Below are positions 50,151 to 60,030 of a DNA stretch of 64,000 nucleotides, piece after piece (the stretch's first letter is position 1; every line of letters begins with the position of its first letter). The translations under genes were made by a program, and so were the position numbers. Where the stretch lies: assembly GCA_033763315.1 (NCBI GenBank), contig JANRKS010000002.1:448001-512000 (forward strand), read 5' to 3'. The notes under the pieces were generated by a model. It was not told where the DNA came from and did no database searches. It saw only the letters and a program-made list of their open reading frames with translations. The stretch is from Deltaproteobacteria bacterium. Its GTDB lineage: Bacteria; Myxococcota_A; Polyangia; Fen-1088.

Positions 50151-51599
50151 ATGCGCGTGTCGTCTTTGCTGATTGCCTGTAGCTTGATCGCCTGCGGCGC
50201 GGGCCCATTTGCGGCGCCGAATCCTGAGCCCAAGGCCGAACAAGCCGCGTCCTTCGTGTCTGATCTCACGCCGAAGTTGGACCTTCTGTTTGTGGTCGAT
50301 AATTCAGGCTCGATGGAAAGTGAGCAAAAGAGCCTTCGCCAAGAGTTCAAACACATGATGGAAGCGTTTGAGCAGCGTGCAGGCGTTGCCGACTTGCACG
50401 TCGCCGTTGTGTCCACAGACGTGGGCGCGGGGAACATTCCTTTGAGCAACGGCGCATGTTCCATGTCACGTTTGGGCGGCACACGCACCGGTGGGGATCG
50501 CGGCGAGTTGCAAGCGCCAAGCCATTGTGGCGTGCGCGATGGGGCTCGCTTTCTTGCTTCGCAGCCCGGGGGCAAAACAAATTTCGTGGGCCGTCTGCCT
50601 GATGTGTTTTCATGCATCGCCGATCTTGGCACGGCGGGGTGTGGTTTTGAGCACTCGTTGCTTGCGGCGCGCTTGGCTTTAGACGAAGCGCAGACAAAGA
50701 CGAACGTCGGCTTTCTGCGCAAAGACGCCGCGTTGGGAATCGTGTTCGTCACCGATGAAGACGATTGTTCTGCGCCCCCCGACTCGGGGTTGTTCTCGGA
50801 TCAATCGTTTTCGAGCCAGGAGCCAAGTTTGAGGTGTGCGCTCAAAGGGCACGTTTGCCGGGGCATGCCACTTTTGGCAACGCCGCAAAACTTTTCCCTG
50901 TCCGATTGCGCGGCGAGTGACGACGGCGGCGGCGCGCTTTACCCGGTGCAGAAATTCGTCGACTACGTGAAGGGGCTTAAGGCTGATCCAAATCGTATCT
51001 TTGTCTCCGCGATAGCCGGTTGGCCCGAAACCGCAGCGCCTGCAACCTACGGATTTGCACCAGCGAAAAAGGATAGCCTGGATCTGAAGCCCGTTTGCGT
51101 TTCGACGCGCGTGGGTACCCCCGAAGGCGATAAAGATACGGCGTTTCCAGCTTTGCGCATCAAGCGTTTCATCGATGCTTTCGGAGACGCTGGCCACATC
51201 GAAAGCATCTGCCAAAGCGATCTGCGGCAAGCTCTGGCCACGATTGGTGGCTTCGCTGCAGGCTTCGTGGGAAACCGCTGCGTGAACGCCCCCTTGGCAG
51301 ACACCGACGACGCCATACCGGGCGTTCAGCCGTTCTGTGAGATCTTTGAAGTGTCAAAGGCTGAGGATGGCCAGTCCGTTTCCGATCGGGTCGTCAAGTG
51401 CACCGCTTCATCGGCCAAGCCGTGCTGGCGGTACGTCACAGAGATCGATGGTAAAGCCGCCTGCGCACAAGGGCAGGGCGCGATCGAGATCGAACGTACT
51501 TCACCTCCGCATGCCGGCGCCATGTTGGACGTGCGGTGCGAGGCGTGTGTGGAGCAGAACCCCCACTGCAAATCCACGTCGCCCGCACCGCTGCCGTAA
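50151..51599 (+). CDS. Cys-rich VWA-domain lipoprotein
   Basis: lipobox LIAC; DLLFVVDNSGSM (MIDAS DxSxS), GCGFE, FLRKDA..VTDEDDCS. Confidence 0.85.
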   Translation: MRVSSLLIACSLIACGAGPFAAPNPEPKAEQAASFVSDLTPKLDLLFVVDNSGSMESEQKSLRQEFKHMMEAFEQRAGVADLHVAVVSTDVGAGNIPLSNGACSMSRLGGTRTGGDRGELQAPSHCGVRDGARFLASQPGGKTNFVGRLPDVFSCIADLGTAGCGFEHSLLAARLALDEAQTKTNVGFLRKDAALGIVFVTDEDDCSAPPDSGLFSDQSFSSQEPSLRCALKGHVCRGMPLLATPQNFSLSDCAASDDGGGALYPVQKFVDYVKGLKADPNRIFVSAIAGWPETAAPATYGFAPAKKDSLDLKPVCVSTRVGTPEGDKDTAFPALRIKRFIDAFGDAGHIESICQSDLRQALATIGGFAAGFVGNRCVNAPLADTDDAIPGVQPFCEIFEVSKAEDGQSVSDRVVKCTASSAKPCWRYVTEIDGKAACAQGQGAIEIERTSPPHAGAMLDVRCEACVEQNPHCKSTSPAPLP

Positions 51600-51633
51600 A
51601 TAACCTAGCTTTGCTTATCGCTGCGCGCGGCGC

Positions 51634-52839
51634 TCACGCAAGCTCGTCGAAGGCCACCAACGACATCTTCTTGAGCGCCTGCGCTGCCGCGGCCACACCG
51701 GCGCCTTCGGCCACTTTCACTTTCTGTTCGCGCAGCAGAACCTCCAACGCCGCTAACACCATCAAGATGTTGCGTTCGCTGGAAGAGGAACCCATTAATC
51801 CTATGCGCCAGGCCTGGCCTTTAAAAGGTCCGAGCCCTGCACCGATCTCGATGCCATAACGATCGAGAAGTTCTTTGCGCACGCGGGCCTCGTTCACGCC
51901 CGCGGGAACGCGCACGCAGTTGAGCGTGTAGAGGCTACGTTCGGGAATGTAAGTTAGACCCAAAGCTTCAAGGCCTTCGCGCAATGCGAGATGGTTACGT
52001 CGGTGTCGCGAAAACCGTTCAAGTAAGCCTTCTTCAAACACCACGCGCAAAGCCTCGTGAAGCGCATAAGTCATGTTGATGGGCGCCGTGTGATGGTAAG
52101 CGCGATCCGAGCCCCAATAGTTGCGGATCAGCGACATGTCGAGGTACCAGTTGGCCACCTTCGTTTTGCGCGCGTCCATGGCTGTAATCGCTTTATCGCT
52201 GAAAGTGACCGGTGCCAACCCGGGGGGGCACGACAAACACTTTTGCGTGCCGCTGTAGCAAGCGTCGATCTTCCAGTCATCCACGCGCACTTCCATGCCA
52301 CCCAACGAGGTGACGGCGTCGACCACAAACAACATACCCGCTTCACTGACAACGCGAGACAACTCTTCCATCGGTTGGTGCGCGCCTGTTGATGTCTCGG
52401 CGTGCACCACCGCGAAGATTTTTGCCGCTGGATAGGATTGCACCGCCGCGCGTGCCAGATCGATCGAAAGCGTTTCGCCCCATGTCACGTCGAGCGTATG
52501 CACGCGCGCGCCATAACGTTCGGCAACGTCCTTCATGCGTGCGCCAAACACCCCAGCCACGCACACGATGACCTCGTCCCCTGGTTCGATTAAGTTGGCC
52601 AGGCACGCTTCCATGCCCGCGCTGCCCGTGCCGGGCACCGCCAACGTCAGCGCATTGTCGGTATGGAAAAGGCGCTGCAGCATGAGGCGCACTTCGTCCA
52701 TGAGCTTGAGGTATTCGGGATCCAAGTGACCGATCGTGGGGGCGGCCAAGGCGCGCAGCACGCGTTGAGAAACGTCGCTGGGACCGGGGCCCATGAGGAT
52801 GCGTTGAGATGGCTGGAACGGGGCAGGGATGGTGCTCAT
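51634..52839 (-). CDS. alanine-glyoxylate/serine-pyruvate aminotransferase (class V PLP)
   Basis: LMGPGPS, GTGSAGME, HAETSTG, DAVTSLGG, SGTQKCL, YHHTAP. Confidence 0.93.
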   Translation of the reverse strand: MSTIPAPFQPSQRILMGPGPSDVSQRVLRALAAPTIGHLDPEYLKLMDEVRLMLQRLFHTDNALTLAVPGTGSAGMEACLANLIEPGDEVIVCVAGVFGARMKDVAERYGARVHTLDVTWGETLSIDLARAAVQSYPAAKIFAVVHAETSTGAHQPMEELSRVVSEAGMLFVVDAVTSLGGMEVRVDDWKIDACYSGTQKCLSCPPGLAPVTFSDKAITAMDARKTKVANWYLDMSLIRNYWGSDRAYHHTAPINMTYALHEALRVVFEEGLLERFSRHRRNHLALREGLEALGLTYIPERSLYTLNCVRVPAGVNEARVRKELLDRYGIEIGAGLGPFKGQAWRIGLMGSSSSERNILMVLAALEVLLREQKVKVAEGAGVAAAAQALKKMSLVAFDELA

Positions 52840-52959
52840 GTTGTGTGCCGGGTGAAGGGAGCAGGGCCGTGGGCTGCGCTGCCAGTGTAAACCAAGTTCA
52901 ATGTATCGGCTGGCCCGCCCCTTGGCCGTAGCCCCCGCGACCTGTGCTAGAAAGCGGCC

Positions 52960-54564
52960 ATGAAAAGGCTGGCATTTTTCCTGGCAAGCTTGGCAACGCT
53001 CGTGGCTTCCAGCGCGCACGCCGCCCGCCCCAAGCTGGTGGTGCTTTTGGTGGTGGATCAGATGCGAGCTGACTACATCGATTCTTATGGTGCCGCCTGG
53101 AAAGGGGGGCTTCACCGCCTGACCACACAAGGTGCTTACTTCACCAACGCCGCCTATCCATATTTGCAAACCATCACGTGTGCGGGTCACGCCACCGTCA
53201 GCACGGGCTCTTACCCCTACGCCCATGGAATGGTGCAAAACGCGTGGTTCGATCGTGCGTCGGGCAAAAGCGTCACGTGCACAGAAGACGCTGGCAAAAG
53301 TCTGATCAGCTATGGAACGCCGGTTCCAGGCGGCGACAGCGCACAGCGCCTGCTGGTGCCGTCGTTGGCCGACGAAATGCGCGCACAGCTTTTCCCCGCG
53401 CCCCGTGTGGTGACGTTGTCGCTCAAGGCGCGCAGTGCGATCATGATGGCGGGCCATGGCGGCACGTCCGTGGCGTGGACCGATGGCGGCGCTTTGGTCA
53501 CTTCGCGTGCCTTTGCTCAGGCGCCCGTGCCAGCGTTAACCGAATCGCTTAAACGGCTGCCAATCGCATGGGACAAGGTTCCTGCCTGGACGCCGCTGCT
53601 GCCGCCGAAGGCCTATGCGTTTGCGGACGATGCCCCGGAGGAGCACAGCCCATCGGGATGGACGCGCACGTTCCCTCACAAGCTGCAAGGCGCGAGCGTG
53701 GGTGAAACGATGGCGAATTGGACCCGCAGCCCCTATGCCGACGAGTACTTTGGCAACTTGGCGATCGAGATGGTGAAGGCCATGAAGCTAGGGCAGGGGC
53801 CCGGCGCCGACTTTCTGGGTGTGAGCTTTTCTGTTCTGGACTTGGTGGGGCACGCTTACGGTCCGCGCAGCCACGAGGTGCAAGATGTTTTGGCGCGGCT
53901 TGATGTGACGCTTGGGCATTTGTTGGCGGCGTTGGATCAAGCGGTTGGAAAAAACAATTACGTGGTGGCCTTGACCGCCGACCACGGCGTGAGCCCTTTG
54001 CCAGAACAGGTGACGCCCACGGGTGTGTCGGCCGGGCGTTTGCCCTTCGCGCGCTTGAAGGCCGACCTTGAGGCCGCCATCGCCAAAGAGGTGGGCGGGC
54101 AAAACAATGTGGCAGCCATGGTCTACACCGACCTTTATCTCGGCCGTGGTGTTTACGGCAAACTCGCGGCCAAACCAGGCGCCCTGGAACGCGTGTTGGC
54201 CGCCGTGCGCAAGGTGCCAGGCATTGCAGCCGCGTTTGCAGCCGATCAGTTGCTGACGCCAAAGCGGTCGGATGGTGAACTTCAATACGCCGCGCAACTT
54301 TCCTATCATCCCGAACGCAGCGGCGACATCGTGATCGTGCCCGCTCCCTATTGGATCGCCGCCGATGCAGGCACCACGCACGGCACGGCCAATGGATACG
54401 ATCAACGCGTTCCCATTATTTTCATGGGCGCGGGCATCAAGGCGGGCCGCCAAGCCCGCCGCGTGAGCCCCGCAGACATCGCCCCCAGCTTGGGACACAT
54501 CCTGGGCGTAACGCTGAGCCACGCGGATGGCGAAGTGTTGCCTGAACTGCAGGCCGCACACTAA
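52960..54564 (+). CDS. alkaline phosphatase/nucleotide pyrophosphatase family (PafA-like)
   Basis: signal peptide, VVDQMR, TCAGHAT, DLVGHAYGP, TADHG, THGT. Confidence 0.9.
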   Translation: MKRLAFFLASLATLVASSAHAARPKLVVLLVVDQMRADYIDSYGAAWKGGLHRLTTQGAYFTNAAYPYLQTITCAGHATVSTGSYPYAHGMVQNAWFDRASGKSVTCTEDAGKSLISYGTPVPGGDSAQRLLVPSLADEMRAQLFPAPRVVTLSLKARSAIMMAGHGGTSVAWTDGGALVTSRAFAQAPVPALTESLKRLPIAWDKVPAWTPLLPPKAYAFADDAPEEHSPSGWTRTFPHKLQGASVGETMANWTRSPYADEYFGNLAIEMVKAMKLGQGPGADFLGVSFSVLDLVGHAYGPRSHEVQDVLARLDVTLGHLLAALDQAVGKNNYVVALTADHGVSPLPEQVTPTGVSAGRLPFARLKADLEAAIAKEVGGQNNVAAMVYTDLYLGRGVYGKLAAKPGALERVLAAVRKVPGIAAAFAADQLLTPKRSDGELQYAAQLSYHPERSGDIVIVPAPYWIAADAGTTHGTANGYDQRVPIIFMGAGIKAGRQARRVSPADIAPSLGHILGVTLSHADGEVLPELQAAH

Positions 54565-54567
54565 GCG

Positions 54568-55725
54568 CTAACGTAAGACGAAGAAGCTGGCGACCACAGC
54601 CAGCGCCGCCCCCACAATCAGACCCAAGCCAACAAAGGCCAAGAGGCGTTTCGTAGAATGGCGGGACGAGTGGGGCGCGACGAGCACAGGCGGGGTGTGC
54701 GGCGGCTGCGTGCGTTCGCCCAAATGCGCGAGCGCCACGATGGTGTTGTCAGCGGTGGCCGAGCGAATCGCGGCGCGGGTCACGCGTGGCAAATCACCTT
54801 CTAAGCGCACCGCCGTTTGCGCGAGCGCAATGGCCGCCTCGTCGAGCGAGGGCCGCCGCTCCATATTCTTGTCCATCATGCGCTCGATGAACACGCGCAG
54901 ATCCTCGTCCACCCCCGCAACGAATTCGCGCGGATCAGGGATGGGCGCCGTCAGGTGCGCCCGCATAACTTCAACATACTTTTGAACTTCGGTGCCTTGT
55001 TTGCACCGAAACGGCGGCTTGCCCGTCAGCAAGTGAAATAACGTGCAGCCCAGCGAATAAACGTCCGCGCGTTCGTCCACTTCTTCACCGCGCGCTTGTT
55101 CGGGCGCGATGTAATCGGCCGTACCCACCACCATGCCTTTGCCAGTGAGGCTTTTGTCGGCGGCAACCGATTTTGCCAAACTAAAGTCGGTGACTTTGAC
55201 CGCCCCGCGCCCCGAGATGCCCAAGTTGGCGGGCTTAACGTCGCGGTGGATGATGCCGGCCTTGGCCGCCTCTGATAATGCGGCCGCCGCTTGGGCACCG
55301 ATCGTCGCTACAACGCCGCTGTCGAGCGGCCCACGCTCGTCTAACAGGCGCTGGCAGTCTCCGCCCTCTAGAAGCTCCATCGCAAAGTAGGGGCGGTCCG
55401 TGCCCGCAATCATGCCGGCCTCAAACACCGTGATCAGGTTCGGGTGCGTCAGGCGTGCCAAGGCGCGGGCCTCGCGCAAGAACCGCTCTTTGACCGTGGC
55501 GTTGTTAAGGTGCTTGCTGCCCAGGGTCTTAAGCGCCGTGTTGCGGCCCAACTGATCGTCAATGGCCAAAAACACCTCGCCCATCGACCCCAAGCCCAAT
55601 AGCTTCTCGATGCGGTACCGCCCCACCTGTTGCCCTGGCGCCAAAATGCCTGACAGGCCGGGAACACCTTGGGTGGCGGCGTCTTTGGACGGCGGTTTGC
55701 CGCCTGGGGTGGGATCTTGGCTCAC
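54568..55725 (-). CDS. membrane Ser/Thr protein kinase
   Basis: LGLGSMGEV, ALK, HRDVKPAN, DFS, YIAPEQ, DVYSLG; C-terminal TM. Confidence 0.92.
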   Translation of the reverse strand: MSQDPTPGGKPPSKDAATQGVPGLSGILAPGQQVGRYRIEKLLGLGSMGEVFLAIDDQLGRNTALKTLGSKHLNNATVKERFLREARALARLTHPNLITVFEAGMIAGTDRPYFAMELLEGGDCQRLLDERGPLDSGVVATIGAQAAAALSEAAKAGIIHRDVKPANLGISGRGAVKVTDFSLAKSVAADKSLTGKGMVVGTADYIAPEQARGEEVDERADVYSLGCTLFHLLTGKPPFRCKQGTEVQKYVEVMRAHLTAPIPDPREFVAGVDEDLRVFIERMMDKNMERRPSLDEAAIALAQTAVRLEGDLPRVTRAAIRSATADNTIVALAHLGERTQPPHTPPVLVAPHSSRHSTKRLLAFVGLGLIVGAALAVVASFFVLR

Positions 55726-57146
55726 TCGAAGGGCGCCTCGTTGTCGTCCACGTGGTTCTCAAACCGAGTGTACTCGCGAATGAAGGTCATAGGTATGGTC
55801 CCGGTGGCGCCGTTACGGTGCTTGGCCACGATCAATTCGGCTTTTCCTTTGTTTTCTGTATCGTCCGGGTTGAACACCTCTTCCCGGTGGATAAAACAAA
55901 TCATATCCGCGTCTTGCTCAATGGCGCCCGACTCGCGTAAGTCCGACATCATCGGCCGCTTGTCTTCGCGTTTTTCAACGCCACGGTTCAGCTGCGACAC
56001 GGCGATGATGGGGATGGCCAAGTCCTTGGCCAAAGCCTTGAGACCACGAGAGATTTCCGCAATTTCGCGCTCGCGGCTGTCGTCTTTTTTGCTGGTGCCC
56101 CGGCACAGCTGCAAATAGTCGATGACGATGAGGCCCAGCTGCCGGGGTGTGCGCCCGTTGGCGTCTGGCTTGGGGGTGGGAAACAGCCGCAGATCCCCGC
56201 GGAACCGGCGCCCCTTGGCCCGAACGTCCAAAATGCTGGGCGCCGCCCCGTCGTCGATGTGGATGGGCGCGGCCGCCAGGCGTCCCCCGGCGGGGTAAAT
56301 CTTGTTCTTCCAGTCGGCGTATTCGATGAAGCCCTTACGGATCTTGCCCTGATCGATGCGCGCTTCAGAAGCCAACATACGTTCCATCAACTCGAACTTC
56401 GACATTTCGAGCGAGAAGATAAGCACCGGCATTTGGTTGTTCAGCGCCGCGTTCACGCACACGTTGACGACCCACGATGTTTTTCCAACGCCTGGGCGGG
56501 CGGCCACAACGATCAAGTTGCCCGGTTGCAGACCAGCCGTCAGCTGATCGAACTTCTTAAAGCCCGTGGGAAGGCCTGTGACGTCTTTGCGTTCGGCAGC
56601 GCGGGCTTCGATGTTTTCCAACACCTCGGCCATGTGATCGCCCACCGCCGAGAAGCTCTCTTTGCGGTTCTGCTGTGCCACCTCGAAGATCTGTGACTCA
56701 GCCTGATCCAGAAACTCTTCGTAATCGCCGAACTCGCCAAACGCGCGCGATTGGATCTCCGCACAGGCGCCGATCAAACGGCGCAGCGTGGATTTCTCTT
56801 TCACGATGCGCACGTACTGCGAAACGTTCTCCGCCGTGGGCACGGCGTTGGCGAGCGCGATCAGATACGAAGGTCCGCCTTCGAGCCGCGCAAGCGCCCC
56901 GCGCGTCTTGAGTTCATCGCCCAACGAGATGACATCGATGGCTTGCCGCTTCTTATCGATGGTGAACATCGCATCGAAGATCTCGCGGTGCGCGGGAATG
57001 AAGAAATCGTCGGCTGAAAGGTTGGTGGCCACCTCGTCGAAACACTGCGGTTTCAACAACACGCAGCCCAACGCCGATTTTTCCGCCTCAACGTTGGCGG
57101 GCGGTTGGCGGTTGCTGACGATGGGGCCGAAAGACTGATCGTTCAT
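55722..57146 (-). CDS. dnaB: replicative DNA helicase
   Basis: AARPGVGKT, FSLEM, IDYLQL, SQLNR, DLRESGAIEQDAD, KHRNG. Confidence 0.97.
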   Translation of the reverse strand: MNDQSFGPIVSNRQPPANVEAEKSALGCVLLKPQCFDEVATNLSADDFFIPAHREIFDAMFTIDKKRQAIDVISLGDELKTRGALARLEGGPSYLIALANAVPTAENVSQYVRIVKEKSTLRRLIGACAEIQSRAFGEFGDYEEFLDQAESQIFEVAQQNRKESFSAVGDHMAEVLENIEARAAERKDVTGLPTGFKKFDQLTAGLQPGNLIVVAARPGVGKTSWVVNVCVNAALNNQMPVLIFSLEMSKFELMERMLASEARIDQGKIRKGFIEYADWKNKIYPAGGRLAAAPIHIDDGAAPSILDVRAKGRRFRGDLRLFPTPKPDANGRTPRQLGLIVIDYLQLCRGTSKKDDSREREIAEISRGLKALAKDLAIPIIAVSQLNRGVEKREDKRPMMSDLRESGAIEQDADMICFIHREEVFNPDDTENKGKAELIVAKHRNGATGTIPMTFIREYTRFENHVDDNEAPFE

Positions 57147-57246
57147 GGGCGGGCTCGAAAATAGAAACGGCGGGAAGAGCTTACGCTCCGCCCGCCGCAT
57201 TATGGCCGATATCTGTATCGACCTGTGAGCAACCTAGCGTTGCTCG

Positions 57247-57696
57247 TTATTGATCTTGCTTCACAACCCAAACCTTGACTTTGGCATTGATGCCGCGGCC
57301 AAGCTTCACAGGCACTTCTGTCATGCCGAGCTGCTTGATGTGATCTGGCAGATCGATCTTCTTTGCGTCCACAGCGATGCCTTGCTTTTGGATGGCTTCC
57401 GCGATGTCGCGGCTGGTGACCGAGCCGTAAAGCCGATCGCCTTCGCCCACCGCGCGAGCGATCGTCACCGAGATGGACGAAAGCTTGGAGGCAGCGCCTT
57501 CCAAATCCTTGAGCAACTTCGCGTTTTGGGCGGCAATCACCCGACGCTCGTGCTCGATGCGTTTCACAGCGCCGTCTGTGGCGCTCAACGCCAGGCCACG
57601 TGGCAACAAGAAGTTGCGAGCGTAACCAGGTTTGACCGTCACAACATCCCCGGCGTTGCCGAGGTTATCAACGTTTTCTCTTAGAATGAGTCGCAT
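57247..57696 (-). CDS. rplI: 50S ribosomal protein L9
   Basis: VKPGYARNFLLP, LYGSVT. Confidence 0.97.
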   Translation of the reverse strand: MRLILRENVDNLGNAGDVVTVKPGYARNFLLPRGLALSATDGAVKRIEHERRVIAAQNAKLLKDLEGAASKLSSISVTIARAVGEGDRLYGSVTSRDIAEAIQKQGIAVDAKKIDLPDHIKQLGMTEVPVKLGRGINAKVKVWVVKQDQ

Positions 57697-57709
57697 GGGT
57701 GCAAATCCC

Positions 57710-57973
57710 TTATGTGGAGGTTGCGCCGTAAGGCATCAAGGCGATCATGCGGGCGCGGCGAATGGCCAAAGCCACTTCACGTTGCCGACGTGCCGTAAGA
57801 CCCGTCAAGCGGCGCGGGATCAACTTGCCGCGTTCGGTGACGAATTGACGAAGCAGTTCAACGTCTTTGTAATCAACCCGGTAATCTGGATCGGTGTAAA
57901 CGGGGTGGCGTGAACGCTGGGGCCGTGGCTCCATGTCGCCATCGAAATTGTTTCGTTCGCGATCGAATGACAT
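57710..57973 (-). CDS. rpsR: 30S ribosomal protein S18
   Basis: [24 protein letters not shown]...QR...AIRRAR..ALMPY. Confidence 0.96.
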   Translation of the reverse strand: MSFDRERNNFDGDMEPRPQRSRHPVYTDPDYRVDYKDVELLRQFVTERGKLIPRRLTGLTARRQREVALAIRRARMIALMPYGATST

Positions 57974-57976
57974 AGC

Positions 57977-58492
57977 TTAGTTCTCCTCAACGTCGTCAGT
58001 GTCGTCCGACATATCGTCGTCATCATCATCGTCGTCATCAGCGGCAGATGATGCAGCAGAGGCGCGGTGACCCACGGCCAAGTCTTCCTCATCGGGAGGA
58101 GGCACAGAGGCGCTGGCGAAGGACTCGTCGGTGACCTCAGAGGTTTTGCCTGTGGGATCGACGTTCTCTTGCAACTTCACGGTGTAAAAGCGGATGACCG
58201 AGTCAGCGATCTTGAGGTTACGCTCAACTTCGTCAACCAAGCCGGCTTTGCCGAGGTAGCTCCAGAACAAGTACGTGCCCTTGAAGTGCTTCCGCACTTC
58301 GTAAGCCAAGCGGCGCTTGCCCCAGTTTTCAACTTTGAGCAATTGCCCGCCGTTGTTTTCGATCACGCCGCGGATCTTCTTATTGACCTCAGCGATCGTG
58401 GTTTCAGGTGCGTCGGGGCGCAGGATGTAGATCGTCTCGTATTCGCGGAGACGTCCGGGAATGTCCCGACTGGAAAGCAGTCTTTCAGCCAT
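57977..58492 (-). CDS. rpsF: 30S ribosomal protein S6 with acidic tail
   Basis: REYETIYILRP, WGKRRLAYEV; poly-Asp C-terminus. Confidence 0.96.
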   Translation of the reverse strand: MAERLLSSRDIPGRLREYETIYILRPDAPETTIAEVNKKIRGVIENNGGQLLKVENWGKRRLAYEVRKHFKGTYLFWSYLGKAGLVDEVERNLKIADSVIRFYTVKLQENVDPTGKTSEVTDESFASASVPPPDEEDLAVGHRASAASSAADDDDDDDDDMSDDTDDVEEN

Positions 58493-58545
58493 GTGGTTCC
58501 TCGTGGGTTATGCCCGGGGACAAGCCCCGAACAAGGAGTGGAAAG
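58493..58545 (-). promoter_or_regulatory. possible S6:S18 ribosomal leader
   Basis: minus strand CACTCCTTG...CGGGG/CCCCG hairpin...CCC...GAGGA immediately upstream of rpsF. Confidence 0.35.
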
Positions 58546-58621
58546 GGCCGTAAGCTAGGCGATCGGGCGGCGTCTGTCTCGCGCTTTTCGCGTCTTTTTG
58601 TGAAATCAGAGCCTTCGGCAG

Positions 58622-59200
58622 CTAAAGCGTGGTCAGATCTTTGCCGTTGAACCCGTTCATGGCGGGGGTCAGGCCCTTCCCCAAGATGGCCTCAACGGCG
58701 TCGGCGGCCCGGTCGATCACAGCCGGCAAATCCCTCTGTTCGGCGGGTGGAAAGCGACCCAAGACGTAGTCAGCCGGGTCTCGGCCGGGTGGGGGCCGGC
58801 CAATGCCCACCCGTACGCGCGGGAAATCCTTGGTTCCAAGGTGGGCGATGATGGACTTGAGGCCGTTGTGGCCGCCCGGGCCGCCGCTGGCCGCGAGCTT
58901 AAGGTACTTAAACGGCACGTCTAGTTCGTCGTGAACCACCAGCACCTGCGCCGGGAGAATCTTCCAAAACTGTGCCGTTCGTCCCACGGCCTGGCCCGAG
59001 AGGTTCATGAATTCCATGGGGCGAAGGAACACCACGCGGGTTCCGCCCATCGACGCATCGGTTGCCTCACCGCCCAACCTGGATTTGGGGGCCGATGCAC
59101 CAGCGCGACGACGCAATTCGGTCTCCACCGCAAATCCGATGTTGTGCCGCGTGCCCTCGTATTTGGAGCCCGGGTTCCCCAGGCCAACCACCAGCCACAT
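58622..59200 (-). CDS. pth: peptidyl-tRNA hydrolase
   Basis: GLGNPG, TRHNIGF, FMNLSG, HDELD, GGHNGLKS. Confidence 0.97.
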   Translation of the reverse strand: MWLVVGLGNPGSKYEGTRHNIGFAVETELRRRAGASAPKSRLGGEATDASMGGTRVVFLRPMEFMNLSGQAVGRTAQFWKILPAQVLVVHDELDVPFKYLKLAASGGPGGHNGLKSIIAHLGTKDFPRVRVGIGRPPPGRDPADYVLGRFPPAEQRDLPAVIDRAADAVEAILGKGLTPAMNGFNGKDLTTL

Positions 59201-59230
59201 GCCAAAGTCCCTTTACGTGCCTAACCCAAT

Positions 59231-59268
59231 AAAAAACGGGGCCGCAGGTGTGGACCCGCAACCCCGTT
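59231..59268 (-). terminator. rho-independent terminator after rplY
   Basis: minus strand AACGGGGTTGCGGG-loop-CCTGCGGCCCCGTT followed by a T run. Confidence 0.8.
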
Positions 59269-59298
59269 GTGAACGTTCCGCGCGGCGGAAGGCTCGGC

Positions 59299-59991
59299 TT
59301 ACTTCTTGGCGTCCTTGGCAGGCGCGGCGGCTTTGGCGTCTTTGGCCGGCGCAGCGCCCTTGGCGTCCTTGGCGGGCGCCGCAGCGGCGGCTTCAGGGGC
59401 CGCAGCGGCCGTGGCGGCTTCAGGTGTATCGCGCACGCTCATGACAGACGCAATCGCGTCTTCGGCGTGGAGCAAGGGGCGAATGCCGTCGGCAAGCTTG
59501 AGATCGCTGACGTGGACCACGTCGCCGATGTTCAAAGGAGCCACATCAACCTCGATGCGGGCTGGAATGGCGCCGGGCTTCGCGGCGATGCGGAGCTCGT
59601 GCACGCTTTGGTGAAGCGCGCCGCCCAAAACCACGCCGGCGGGCGTGCCTTTAAGAACGATGGGTACCGTCACCTTGACTTCGTCTTGCAGGTCAATGCG
59701 GATGAAGTCGACGTGCTCGATGCGGCGTGACAGCGGGTGAATCTGAGCGTCGCGGATCATGACCGTCAAAGGCGAGCCGCCTTGGCCACGCACGTTGAGC
59801 GCGAACACTGTGTTACGGCGCTTTTCCTTGTCCATCGCTTTGACCAAAGCGTTGGGGTCAATGGAAAGGGACAAGGGGGCTTCCTTGCGACCGTAAAGGA
59901 TGGCCGGCACCTGCCCCGCGCTGCGGGTGCGGCGAGCCGGGCCTTTGCCCGTTGTTGTCCTTACGTCGACGTCAATCTGTGCGAAGTCCAT
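59299..59991 (-). CDS. rplY: 50S ribosomal protein L25/Ctc
   Basis: GKGPARR, VPAILYG, QIHP...HVDF; C-terminal APAKDAK three times. Confidence 0.95.
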   Translation of the reverse strand: MDFAQIDVDVRTTTGKGPARRTRSAGQVPAILYGRKEAPLSLSIDPNALVKAMDKEKRRNTVFALNVRGQGGSPLTVMIRDAQIHPLSRRIEHVDFIRIDLQDEVKVTVPIVLKGTPAGVVLGGALHQSVHELRIAAKPGAIPARIEVDVAPLNIGDVVHVSDLKLADGIRPLLHAEDAIASVMSVRDTPEAATAAAAPEAAAAAPAKDAKGAAPAKDAKAAAPAKDAKK

Positions 59992-60030
59992 GTTCTGTTC
60001 TCGTTCTTCTGCGGCTTTGATTCGTTACAA

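Noticed and set aside
56140-56200. Insertion in DnaB (LFPTPKPDANGRTPRQ) as a possible intein
   Set aside because: Only ~15 aa with no intein terminal motifs; a loop insertion
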